64,000 bases of DNA from Bacteroidales bacterium (lineage in GTDB: Bacteria > Bacteroidota > Bacteroidia > Bacteroidales > WCHB1-69): the NCBI GenBank assembly GCA_963556065.3, contig CAUVYH020000001.1:8446-72445 (forward strand), given 5' to 3'. Below the pieces are notes generated by a model. The model was not told the DNA's origin. It worked only from the letters and a program-made list of their open reading frames with translations, and did not search any database. Shown in pieces: positions 20,320 through 29,471 of this stretch. The position numbers were made by a program, and so were the translations under genes. The first letter of the stretch is position 1. Each line of letters starts with the position of its first letter.

Positions 20320-23223
20320 ATGAAAATTCGAATTCTTTCATTTGTTGCACTATTTTTCTCAATAATATTTACCACAAATGTAAATGCCCAGTATGGGCCG
20401 CTTTATTGGGACTTACGAGGTTATGATAGCATTACCAACTATCGTGAAGCAATGAATGCATACAATCAAAAAAATGTTGCTAAAGCAATTCTAATATTGG
20501 ATTCCGTGAGCAATATATACGCTTCTCAAAAGAATTTTCGAAAACAGTATTTGGTTGAAAACGAAAAGGGAGCCATGATTTATCTCTCAAAAGAATATGA
20601 AAAATCGTTCCATATTTTTGAACAAAATATGAATGGTATGAGGTTAAATCAGGATACGCTTAATTATGAATTTGTGATTGCACTTCGGTTTATGGGTTAT
20701 TTAGCACTTGATTACAAAACGATAGGTAAACCCAGAATGTATTATCTAAAGAAACAAATGGCTGTTTTGGAACAGATGCATGATGATTCTCCAATTTATG
20801 CGGATTGTTTGGGCGATATGGGACTAAACCTGAAAGGCGAAAATCAAGATTTAGGGCTTGAATATTTGCTTAAATCTAAAAAAATGGCGCAAAAACATGG
20901 AATGACCAGTTCCATCATGATTCTTGACAACACAATAACGAATCGATATGCACTAGAACAACCCTATTTGTCGCTCAAGGTTCAAGAGTGCTTATTAGCC
21001 ACTGCAAGCAGACAAAATTACAGGGATTCTGTTGTGTTGGTGATGCTAGCGTATCATGTTGCAACAAAAAATAAAGAAATCAAAAACTACGAAAAAGCTA
21101 TTTCTTGTTTTGAATATGCCGACTCATTAATGAAAGCAACCAACAATCCACATGAAAAGGTAATAACAGCATTGCCCATCGAAAAAATACAGTGTTATAG
21201 CCTGATGGGAGATAAAAATAAATTTGTTGCCCAAGCTCAACAAGCAATCGATATTTATTACAAAACAAAAGGAAACAACAAAATTGCCGAATGCGAACTT
21301 TATTCTGTCATTGGGAATAATTACATGCCGTTTTCCATCGATAGTTCTCTCTCGTATTTGAATAAGGCATGCCAAATTCTAACCAAAAAAGAAACGTTAA
21401 GTTTTGATTCTTTAGATCAAAATCAAGCAGAGTCATTGGCTAAAATATTTAATGCCCAAGCTAATGCTTTAATGCAAATCGGAAAAATAGCAGAGGCTTC
21501 CGGTAAAATTCTTGAATCTATTAAACTATATACAGGTTCAGATGATGATAATCAACCCGTTTTTACCTGTTATGAAGCGGATGACTTTATTTTAATTGAA
21601 ACATATCTCATTGCCAGTGAAATATTTTCAAAATCATTGAGAACCAAATTCAGTCCTGAGATGTACGCATTGGCATTAAAGTCATTTTACTGTTGTGATA
21701 CCATCATGCGGAGAATGGCGGTAAATATTTCAGACCAAAATTCTATTTTAGATTATGCAAAGGAATACAAACAAATGACGGCCAATTTACTCAGCATTCC
21801 AAACCTATCGGTAAAAAATCCGGAGATTGCATTTCATTTTGCCAGCAATTCAAAAGCATATCAACTGATGGCCGACATAAAAAAACACACCATTATTCCA
21901 TCAGACGATAATGAAATTTGGGTTAAAAAGAATAATTTGGAGAATAATTTGCGCCGTTTGGCAAATCAGAAAAATGAGGCAAAACTAAAAAAGGATTCCT
22001 GTTTAATGGATAGCCTATCCGTCTTAGAAAAAGACTTATTTATAGATCTAATTGTTGTCAATTATAGATTGATGAAAACACAAAACAATGATTATCAATA
22101 TTTTGATGATGATAATATGGTTGAAATCACTAAAAGTAACATTGCAAAAAATCATTTACTTGTGGATGTTTTTCAATCAGACTCTTGTGCTTATATTTTT
22201 AGTATTAACCCCTCGGGCTTATCTTGTTTTACAATCAACAATGTGGATAAACTGAATCGAATTGTCAATCAGTTTTATAAAGAGATTAAAACCGGAGGGG
22301 ATTTTAAAAAATCTGCATTATCCTTGTCAAATATGCTCCTAAAGCCAATTGCAGATAAATTAAAAATATGTACCGAAATCACATTTATTCCCGATAATAT
22401 TCTTTGCCAAATCCCATTCGAAGCGCTTCCAAACCCGAATACTGGAAATCTGTTATTAAATTCACACGCCATCAGTTACCACTACTCAACTTCGCTGTGG
22501 AACAAATCAATAACCAAACAAAAGCCAAAAGAACAAGCAATATTAGCCATTGCTCCAGTTTTTGAAAACGATAGAAATATTACACTAAACACAACTTTTA
22601 GAGATCAGCATGCCGAAGATGAATACCTCAACAAAATAACGTCCAATGACATTCTTCCGCTTCCTTTTACCGGTGTTGAAACCAAAGAAATTGTCAATCT
22701 GTTTCAATCAAAAGGGATTTCAAATCGCTTGCTCGTCAATAAAGAAGCGACAAAAGAACATTTTTTATCACAATCAGCCCAATACTCCATTCTACATATT
22801 GCCTCGCATGGCTATGTTTCAAAAGTATCGCCGAATAACTCGGGATTTTTTCTTTATACCAACGAAAAGAACGATTCAACAGGAAGTTCAATCGGATTTG
22901 TAAATATGAGTGAAATTTATAGTTTGAAGACTAACGCTAATTTGGTGGTTTTGAGTGCCTGCAATTCTGGCGTGGGTCCAATTTACGAAGGAGAGGGATT
23001 GATGGCGCTTCCACGCGGATTTATCTATGCCGGCGTTCCCAATGTAATGGCTTCTTTATGGAAAGTACACGATGAAAAAACTAAAGAGTTGATGTTGTCT
23101 TTCTACCAGCATTTATTAGGTGGGGATTCATACGCAGAAGCTCTTCGTAAAGCAAAACAGGATTGTATAGCCAAAGGATATCTCCCGCTTAACTGGGCTG
23201 GTTTTGTGATAATCGGACGGTGA
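20320..23223 (+). CDS. Secreted TPR-repeat CHAT-domain (caspase-like) protein
   Basis: Signal peptide MKIRILSFVALFFSIIFTTNVNAQ, a long helical repeat region, and a C-terminal CHAT core with His (ILHIASHGYV) and Cys (VVLSACNSGVG) followed by LWKVHDEKT. Confidence 0.85.
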   Translation: MKIRILSFVALFFSIIFTTNVNAQYGPLYWDLRGYDSITNYREAMNAYNQKNVAKAILILDSVSNIYASQKNFRKQYLVENEKGAMIYLSKEYEKSFHIFEQNMNGMRLNQDTLNYEFVIALRFMGYLALDYKTIGKPRMYYLKKQMAVLEQMHDDSPIYADCLGDMGLNLKGENQDLGLEYLLKSKKMAQKHGMTSSIMILDNTITNRYALEQPYLSLKVQECLLATASRQNYRDSVVLVMLAYHVATKNKEIKNYEKAISCFEYADSLMKATNNPHEKVITALPIEKIQCYSLMGDKNKFVAQAQQAIDIYYKTKGNNKIAECELYSVIGNNYMPFSIDSSLSYLNKACQILTKKETLSFDSLDQNQAESLAKIFNAQANALMQIGKIAEASGKILESIKLYTGSDDDNQPVFTCYEADDFILIETYLIASEIFSKSLRTKFSPEMYALALKSFYCCDTIMRRMAVNISDQNSILDYAKEYKQMTANLLSIPNLSVKNPEIAFHFASNSKAYQLMADIKKHTIIPSDDNEIWVKKNNLENNLRRLANQKNEAKLKKDSCLMDSLSVLEKDLFIDLIVVNYRLMKTQNNDYQYFDDDNMVEITKSNIAKNHLLVDVFQSDSCAYIFSINPSGLSCFTINNVDKLNRIVNQFYKEIKTGGDFKKSALSLSNMLLKPIADKLKICTEITFIPDNILCQIPFEALPNPNTGNLLLNSHAISYHYSTSLWNKSITKQKPKEQAILAIAPVFENDRNITLNTTFRDQHAEDEYLNKITSNDILPLPFTGVETKEIVNLFQSKGISNRLLVNKEATKEHFLSQSAQYSILHIASHGYVSKVSPNNSGFFLYTNEKNDSTGSSIGFVNMSEIYSLKTNANLVVLSACNSGVGPIYEGEGLMALPRGFIYAGVPNVMASLWKVHDEKTKELMLSFYQHLLGGDSYAEALRKAKQDCIAKGYLPLNWAGFVIIGR

Positions 23224-23472
23224 TTCCAGAGCAAGAATTGACAAGAAAGTCCGTTTTATTAACTCTTCAACTAACCGGAGGATGAAGAATTCCACCCGTG
23301 AATGGCAGATTTGAACCTCTCGAAATTTTAGCAGACCATGGTGAAAACATATTTAGCCTCTTAAAAAAATAAATTGTAATATTGTATTCTCTTTTCATCC
23401 CAAATTATATTAAATGGGCTTTGGTTTATGTATTTGAAAAATAGTTTCTTAGTATTAACCAAATAACAAAGC

Positions 23473-24267
23473 ATGCCTCAAGTAGAGCGTTATAATAGCA
23501 ACGAAACCCAAAATTGGCTAGTCAACAAGTTTGAGCGTTTTCGCTACAGCAACTTTACTTTCTTAGCGGAAAAGTTTATTCCACGTCCTGACATTTCGCT
23601 TATTTTTCATTTTAATAATACTCCTTATATTGTTGGAAAACCATTCATCAAGCTCGAGCCTTTTTTTGTCGCTCCTACTATTTCCAAAGCAATTACTGTA
23701 AAGATTGAACAAAACATGGATACATTTATTGTAAATTGTAAACCAACCGTGTTTTCAAGGATTTTTAATATTGATATGTCCCCCTTATCTAAACATAGTA
23801 TCAATCTGCCCCATGACATTTTTTATCCGCTTTGGAAAAAGTTAGGGTCACTAAAAACAACGGAAGAACAAATTGTTTTTTTCACCGAATTCATAAACAC
23901 ACATCAACAGTCCCAATATATTCCGGACACCATTGATCTTCTTTATGATGCAATTACTGAAAAAAGCATAACGGTTCCTTTAAAAGACATCATGCAAAGT
24001 TGCGATGCCAGTACACGAACAATACAGCGAACTTTAATCAAACGTGTCGGCGTAAGTCCAAAAAAACTAGCACGAATTGTAAGAATCAACTATTTATGGG
24101 ATAAAATCAAAAATGAAAATGTGGTCGATTATCAAGACTTGATCTTTGATGGAAGTTTTTTCGACCAAAGCCACTTTATAAAAGATTTTAAAGCCATTAC
24201 CGGCGAAACCCCTCATTATTTCTTCAACCGAAATCTGGAAATTGTACGAATGTTTTCCGGAAAATAG
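23473..24267 (+). CDS. AraC-family transcriptional regulator
   Basis: C-terminal double HTH: STRTIQRTLIKRVGVSPKKLARIVRINY ... FFDQSHFIKDFKAITGETP. Confidence 0.85.
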   Translation: MPQVERYNSNETQNWLVNKFERFRYSNFTFLAEKFIPRPDISLIFHFNNTPYIVGKPFIKLEPFFVAPTISKAITVKIEQNMDTFIVNCKPTVFSRIFNIDMSPLSKHSINLPHDIFYPLWKKLGSLKTTEEQIVFFTEFINTHQQSQYIPDTIDLLYDAITEKSITVPLKDIMQSCDASTRTIQRTLIKRVGVSPKKLARIVRINYLWDKIKNENVVDYQDLIFDGSFFDQSHFIKDFKAITGETPHYFFNRNLEIVRMFSGK

Positions 24268-24385
24268 AACGAGGCGCGATTGGCTGTCGTTTTTTTACTA
24301 TTTTACATTTTTTTATCAATCTATCTTTGCACCTAAAATTCAATGATCGCATATTGATAAAATTGTGAAACGAACAAATCTATTT

Positions 24386-25721
24386 ATGAAAAAAATCATT
24401 TTTGTACTCTGTCTTTTTGTACTCGCCGGTACACCGGTAGAAGCACAAACATGGCTCGAAAAAGTGGGAGAGAATGTAAAAGAAAAAACCGTCGAAAAAG
24501 TAGAAGGACGGATCGAGGAAAAAACGGATGAGGCTATTGATAAAGGATTGGATAAGACTGAGGAAGCCGTGAAGAATGGAGCCAAAAAGGGATCCTCGAA
24601 TAAAAAAAATAAAAACTCGGATAAAGAGGCTCCATCAGATGAAGCAAATTCTGAAAATGAAACCAACACGGCAAAAACTACAAACAAAAACATGCCGCAA
24701 AAAGTCGATGCTTCCTATGCCAAATTCGACTTCATCCGAGGCAATGAGATTATTTTTGAAGATGATTTAATGGGGGAACAAAAAGGAGAGTTTCCTTCAA
24801 AATGGGATTTAATTACCGGAGGTGCGGAAATTGCCCAAATTAATGGGGGAAATGTAATCGCTCTAATCGGATTCACTTATATTACTCCGCTATTTAAAGA
24901 CAAGAACAACGCATATTTGCCGGATGAGTTTACGTTAGAGTTTGATGTTTTAATTGATGATAGTGATGGTGAAAATGCAATAGAGTTTGTAAACAGCTCT
25001 GACGAGGTTATTGCCTCTACTCTTTTTTGGAAGGAAAGTGAACGGTTTCATTTTAGTTGGAATCTCAAAAGCGAAAATGAAAAAAGTGGGGAAGATACCT
25101 ATAACAACAGTAAAGGCTGGCACCATTATTCACTTTCGTTCAACAAAAGAGCGATGAAAGTATATATGGATTCCAAGCGGGTGGCAAACATCCCAAACAT
25201 CTTGGAAAAACCTGCAAAAGTTAAATTTTTTGCCCGCGGAAGTGATGATAACAGCACCCTGCATATTAAAAACATTCACATCGCAAAGGGGGCTGTCCCA
25301 CTCTACGACAAATTGCTTTCTGATGGGAAGATTATCTCTTATGGTATTATTTTCGACATCGGCAAAGCTTCAATCAAGCCCGAATCAATGGGCACTATCA
25401 ACGAAATTTTTAATATTCTCAAAAAATATCCCGAGTTGAAATTTTCGGTAGAAGGGCATACTGATAATACTGGAAATTCCGCTTTAAATCAAACTCTTTC
25501 GGAAGCCCCGAGCCAAAGCCGTATGCGATAAACTAAAAGAAATGGGAATTGACGCAAGTCGGCTCTCTGCAAAAGGTTTTGGAATGAGCAAACCGATTGA
25601 CAATAACAATACTTCGGAAGGAAGAGCCAAAAACCGCAGGGTTGAATTCATCAGGCCTTTAAGCGCAAATCAGGACCAAATGAATTATATTAATTATACT
25701 TATCAAAATTGGAAGAAATGA
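24386..25721 (+). pseudogene. OmpA-family protein (paralog of 8148..9443) interrupted by a 1-nt homopolymer insertion
   Basis: The track ORF ends ...LSEAPSQSRMR* at 25531. Removing one C from the C4 run 25506-25509 restores LSEARAKAVCDKLKEMGIDASRLSAKGFGMSKPIDNNNTSEGRAKNRRVEFIRP..., ending at TGA 25719-25721. That stop overlaps the ATG (25718) of the next gene as ATGA. Confidence 0.8.
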
Positions 25722-26374
25722 AAAAATCAACTCAAATTTTATTGCTTGTAATCTGCACCATAGTTTGTTTTTCATCCTGCAAGAAAGATGATGAAAACAA
25801 TGAGAACACCAGCACAAATAATACACCCGTCGTATCCTCGTCATTTCCCTTTATCCAATGCCAAAATTCATGGGTCTATGATTTAAGCATTGATAGCGAT
25901 ACCTCTTCGTTAATAGTTACATATACCATAAAAACAATCGATGAAGAGGGCTATTGCGCTATCGAGTATCGAACATCTGCGGGCGCAAATCACAACGAGT
26001 TTGTCTGGTATTCCAATGATGTGTTCTTTTGCGATGAAACCGGTTCCGTGGAGAGTTATTGGTTTCCTCTGTTATACAAGAGTAATAACACCATCGGTAG
26101 AAAATGGGATGCTCCAGTCAATGACGATGATTTGGGAAAAATCACCAGAGAAATCATTTCCGTTTCGGAATCCGTAACTGTTCCCGCAGGTATATTTACC
26201 AATTGCATTAAAATAAAACAAACGTATGCTTCCGACGTGCAGATTATCGACTATTATTATATTTCCCCCCTCGTTGGAATTGTAAAGAAAGAATCTACAG
26301 GGTGGGCAGACATTGACAATCAGCCCCGGATATACTTCCCTATTGTACAAGCACTTAAATCAAAAACATTTTAA
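25718..26374 (+). CDS. Hypothetical lipoprotein
   Basis: ATG 25718 gives MKKSTQILLLVICTIVCFSSCKKDDE (lipobox). The track start at 25709 is less likely. Confidence 0.6.
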   Translation: MKKSTQILLLVICTIVCFSSCKKDDENNENTSTNNTPVVSSSFPFIQCQNSWVYDLSIDSDTSSLIVTYTIKTIDEEGYCAIEYRTSAGANHNEFVWYSNDVFFCDETGSVESYWFPLLYKSNNTIGRKWDAPVNDDDLGKITREIISVSESVTVPAGIFTNCIKIKQTYASDVQIIDYYYISPLVGIVKKESTGWADIDNQPRIYFPIVQALKSKTF

Positions 26375-26376
26375 TC

Positions 26377-26859
26377 ATGAAGAAAACAACTATCCTTTTT
26401 TGTTTACTATTGTTTGCCTTTTCAGCGGTTGCACAGCAAAAAAAAATGAAGATCACCGTTTCTCTGCCCTCAGGATGGGAGAAAGTACAAGGCTCTGTCC
26501 TTGAACACCAATATTTGAAAAATGGCGCTTCGTTTATGATCAAAGAAGAGTTTGCTGCGAACGGTATGACCTTGGATGAAGCCGTGAAAAAAGCAAAAGA
26601 ACAAATTGGGAAATACTTTAAAAACGTTGTATTTGCCAACGACGAACAAATAAAAGTCAACGGGCATAATGCGCAAAGCATAACCTTTACTTACGCTATG
26701 AATATTGGGAAAAATGAATTGAAAATGAAGATGAATAGCATATACCTGATCATAAAAAATAAATGCTATAATATTTCTCTCGGAAGCATTGCCGATAACT
26801 TCAATGATTTATCTTCGGATGTTCCACAAATCCTTCAGGGAATAAAATTCATTTATTAA
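26377..26859 (+). CDS. Hypothetical secreted protein
   Basis: Signal peptide MKKTTILFCLLLFAFSAVAQ. Starts immediately after the preceding stop codon (no spacer). Confidence 0.55.
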   Translation: MKKTTILFCLLLFAFSAVAQQKKMKITVSLPSGWEKVQGSVLEHQYLKNGASFMIKEEFAANGMTLDEAVKKAKEQIGKYFKNVVFANDEQIKVNGHNAQSITFTYAMNIGKNELKMKMNSIYLIIKNKCYNISLGSIADNFNDLSSDVPQILQGIKFIY

Positions 26860-26882
26860 CGTAGCCATTTTAAACGATTACA

Positions 26883-27827
26883 ATGAAACAAACCAAAACG
26901 AAATTGATGTTTCTTTTTGCCAATTTCATCCTAAGCGCCGTTATCGCCCAAAGTCCGGCGCATAGATATTTGGCCCAACTGCCTCCTTTGCCCGACAATA
27001 TTTGCACCATTCCAGCGGTTGAAGGAGAGAAATTACGCAATCGAATCCTCTCGGTCATTGAACTGATTGAAGCGGAAGCGGAACGCATTGAAAAGCAACA
27101 ACCCACGCAAACCCAAATGACGAAAAGCATTGCTCATCAAACAGGCATTTCGGAAGATCAACTCAATGAACTTACCAATTCCGAAGATGAAAGCAAAGGG
27201 GAAAAAGTGGCCGATCAGAAAATGCAAACAGAATACGGTATATCCATGGAAGAAGCAAAGAAAATGGAGCAGATGAGCGAAAAAGAGTTGCAGCAATGGG
27301 GAGAAAACTATGCCAAAAACCAGTCAAATACTGCACCGAAAGGGGAAAAACAAAACAAGGATAAGCAATTGGTCTTGATCACCTCCGAAATTGAAAAAAC
27401 AAACGCTGAACTCACTGCTTATATCACCCGCTGGAGCAATATGGAGATGGAGCTTAAAAGGCAGGATCAATTGGCAAACAAAGAACTAAACGAATGTTTG
27501 GAAAAAGTGAAAAACAGCACTCCAAAGCCAAAATATCAAGGAGAGGCGTGCACCAACCAAAATGAAATTGATGAATATGTCTCCAAAAACGAAAATCGCT
27601 GCCATCAAACTTACTGCAACCGGGTTTCACCCCTGAAAATTCATAACCATAATCAGAAAATGGCAGATCTGCAAAAAATGATTACATTGACGATTAAACT
27701 ACAAACCTTGCAAAACGATATGCTTAAAATCCAAACGGGAATTGATCTTAATGCAACGGAAGCAAACATGATTGGTGCCCTGAGTCTGGTGAGAGATTAT
27801 GCTAAAGAGATGTATAACCTGCTTTAA
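26883..27827 (+). CDS. Hypothetical secreted coiled-coil protein
   Basis: Signal peptide. E/K/Q-rich helical sequence with four Cys near the C-terminus. Confidence 0.55.
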   Translation: MKQTKTKLMFLFANFILSAVIAQSPAHRYLAQLPPLPDNICTIPAVEGEKLRNRILSVIELIEAEAERIEKQQPTQTQMTKSIAHQTGISEDQLNELTNSEDESKGEKVADQKMQTEYGISMEEAKKMEQMSEKELQQWGENYAKNQSNTAPKGEKQNKDKQLVLITSEIEKTNAELTAYITRWSNMEMELKRQDQLANKELNECLEKVKNSTPKPKYQGEACTNQNEIDEYVSKNENRCHQTYCNRVSPLKIHNHNQKMADLQKMITLTIKLQTLQNDMLKIQTGIDLNATEANMIGALSLVRDYAKEMYNLL

Positions 27828-27957
27828 CAAACCTTCAACAAACTTGTAATGCAAACGTAAAAAGAAGAATTCCGTCTGATAAAAAAACCAAAAACCACCT
27901 TTCGACAATTTTGAGTTTGAGTAAACGAAGAATTGCACCTCGCAATTTTATAAAAAG

Positions 27958-29400
27958 CTATTCAACCGTGATTTGTGATTCGATTATTTTTTTATTGAAG
28001 TTTTTCAAGGCTTCGTTTGGAAACTGTGATGTGCTACAACCACTTAAACAACCGCCTTTACAGGCCATGATCTCCACAAATCCCGTCGGCTTGTTAGCCG
28101 ATGTGGCGTAACTTTTCAGCAAGCGAAGACTCTTTTTATCCAAACCATCCACAAGCTGTGTCTCCGCTCCGGAATCCAGCGACTTAATGGCTTCGCACAC
28201 GCCCCCGGCTTTTGCGTAACCATGCGATAACCGGTTGCTCGAAGTCTCACAGTTATATTCGTCGGTATCTCCGATGGAAATTCCCCATCCATCCATCCAG
28301 CAAACCAGCTCTTCGAAGGTGATTACATAATCGATGAACTCCGAGTCCTGTCCTTCTTTCCGCTTGGCAACACACGGACCTACAAAAACAATCCCGTTTT
28401 CCGGCCGATTTTTTTTCGCCCACTGTGCCGTCAATTCCATGGGAGATGGCGTGTGAGAAACAAACGGCTTGATCTCCGGAATGGCTTTGTCAGCCGCCAT
28501 CATCCAGGACGGACAACAGGAGCTGGTCATAAACGGATCCCCGTTCCCTCGTCTTTCCTGCAACTCATCGCCTTCCTTGGCCGTGGTCATATCAGCCCCT
28601 AAGGCAACATTCACCACCTGATCGAACCCCAGCGCCTTTATCGCGCCAAAGACAAGGGCATCCGAAGAGGAAAACTGTCCGGAAACAGAAGGAGCGACCA
28701 GGGCCGTATATTTTACTCCTCGTTTTATCTCGTTCATCAAGGTAAAGAGTTGGGTGGTTTCGTTGATTGAACCAAAAGGACAAGCATTGATGCATTTTCC
28801 GCACAAAATACATTTTTCCTGATCGATATACTCGATTCCTTTGTCGTCTTTTCGGATCGCATTTACCGGGCAAACCTCTTCACAAGGAATTGGCATATAT
28901 ACAATTGAGTGATAAGGACATAACTCCTTGCAAATTCCACAACTCACGCATTTATCCGGATTAATTTCCGCTTTCCCCTGGCTGTTTCTGGTGATTGCTT
29001 TTTTCGGGCAATTGAGCTCGCAAGGATGGGCAATACATCCTTTACAAAGATTGGTGACAATATAGTTTGACTTCACACAGGAGGTACAAGCTTCGTCCAC
29101 CACGGTCAGAAAACGACTTGGCGTATGATTTCCGGATAATGCTTGCGCCATATATTCGGACAATGGGGTCAATTCATCGGTTTCCTCTTCGAGCCCGAAG
29201 CCCAAAAGCGCCATAATCTTATATTTTGCCACCGCCCGCTGTTTGTACTTACAGCATCGGTCGGTAGCATCTCCGGCGCGCTTACTGATTTCGATGGGGA
29301 TTCGGTCGATTAGCTGGAAAATCTGATCTTCTTTGAACAACTTCACCATACGGGTAATCAGCTCCCTGCGTATGATCATCGTGTTGTTTACAAATGCCAT
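27958..29400 (-). CDS. Monomeric [FeFe]-hydrogenase, group-B type (catalytic candidate)
   Basis: The track start at 29493 is TTG and overlaps adhE; ATG 29400 gives MAFVNNTMIIRRELITRMVKL.... Several ferredoxin-type Cys clusters (CVSCGICKELCP, CILCGKCINACP). H-cluster motifs L1 TSSCCPSW, L2 GPCVAKRKE, L3 EIMACKGGCLSG. No PAS domain. Confidence 0.85.
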   Translation of the reverse strand: MAFVNNTMIIRRELITRMVKLFKEDQIFQLIDRIPIEISKRAGDATDRCCKYKQRAVAKYKIMALLGFGLEEETDELTPLSEYMAQALSGNHTPSRFLTVVDEACTSCVKSNYIVTNLCKGCIAHPCELNCPKKAITRNSQGKAEINPDKCVSCGICKELCPYHSIVYMPIPCEEVCPVNAIRKDDKGIEYIDQEKCILCGKCINACPFGSINETTQLFTLMNEIKRGVKYTALVAPSVSGQFSSSDALVFGAIKALGFDQVVNVALGADMTTAKEGDELQERRGNGDPFMTSSCCPSWMMAADKAIPEIKPFVSHTPSPMELTAQWAKKNRPENGIVFVGPCVAKRKEGQDSEFIDYVITFEELVCWMDGWGISIGDTDEYNCETSSNRLSHGYAKAGGVCEAIKSLDSGAETQLVDGLDKKSLRLLKSYATSANKPTGFVEIMACKGGCLSGCSTSQFPNEALKNFNKKIIESQITVE

Positions 29401-29471
29401 GATTTTATGTTTTTTGAAACCCGGCTCCACCAAAAGTGATGGAACCCGGTTTGAATTATTAATACTATGTT

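Noticed and set aside
27929-27955. AATTGC-ACCTC-GCAATT hairpin followed by a T-rich stretch between the convergent coiled-coil and hydrogenase genes
   Set aside because: The 6-bp AT-rich stem is about 100 nt from the plus-strand stop codon and lacks a U-run on the minus strand. It is too weak to annotate as a terminator.
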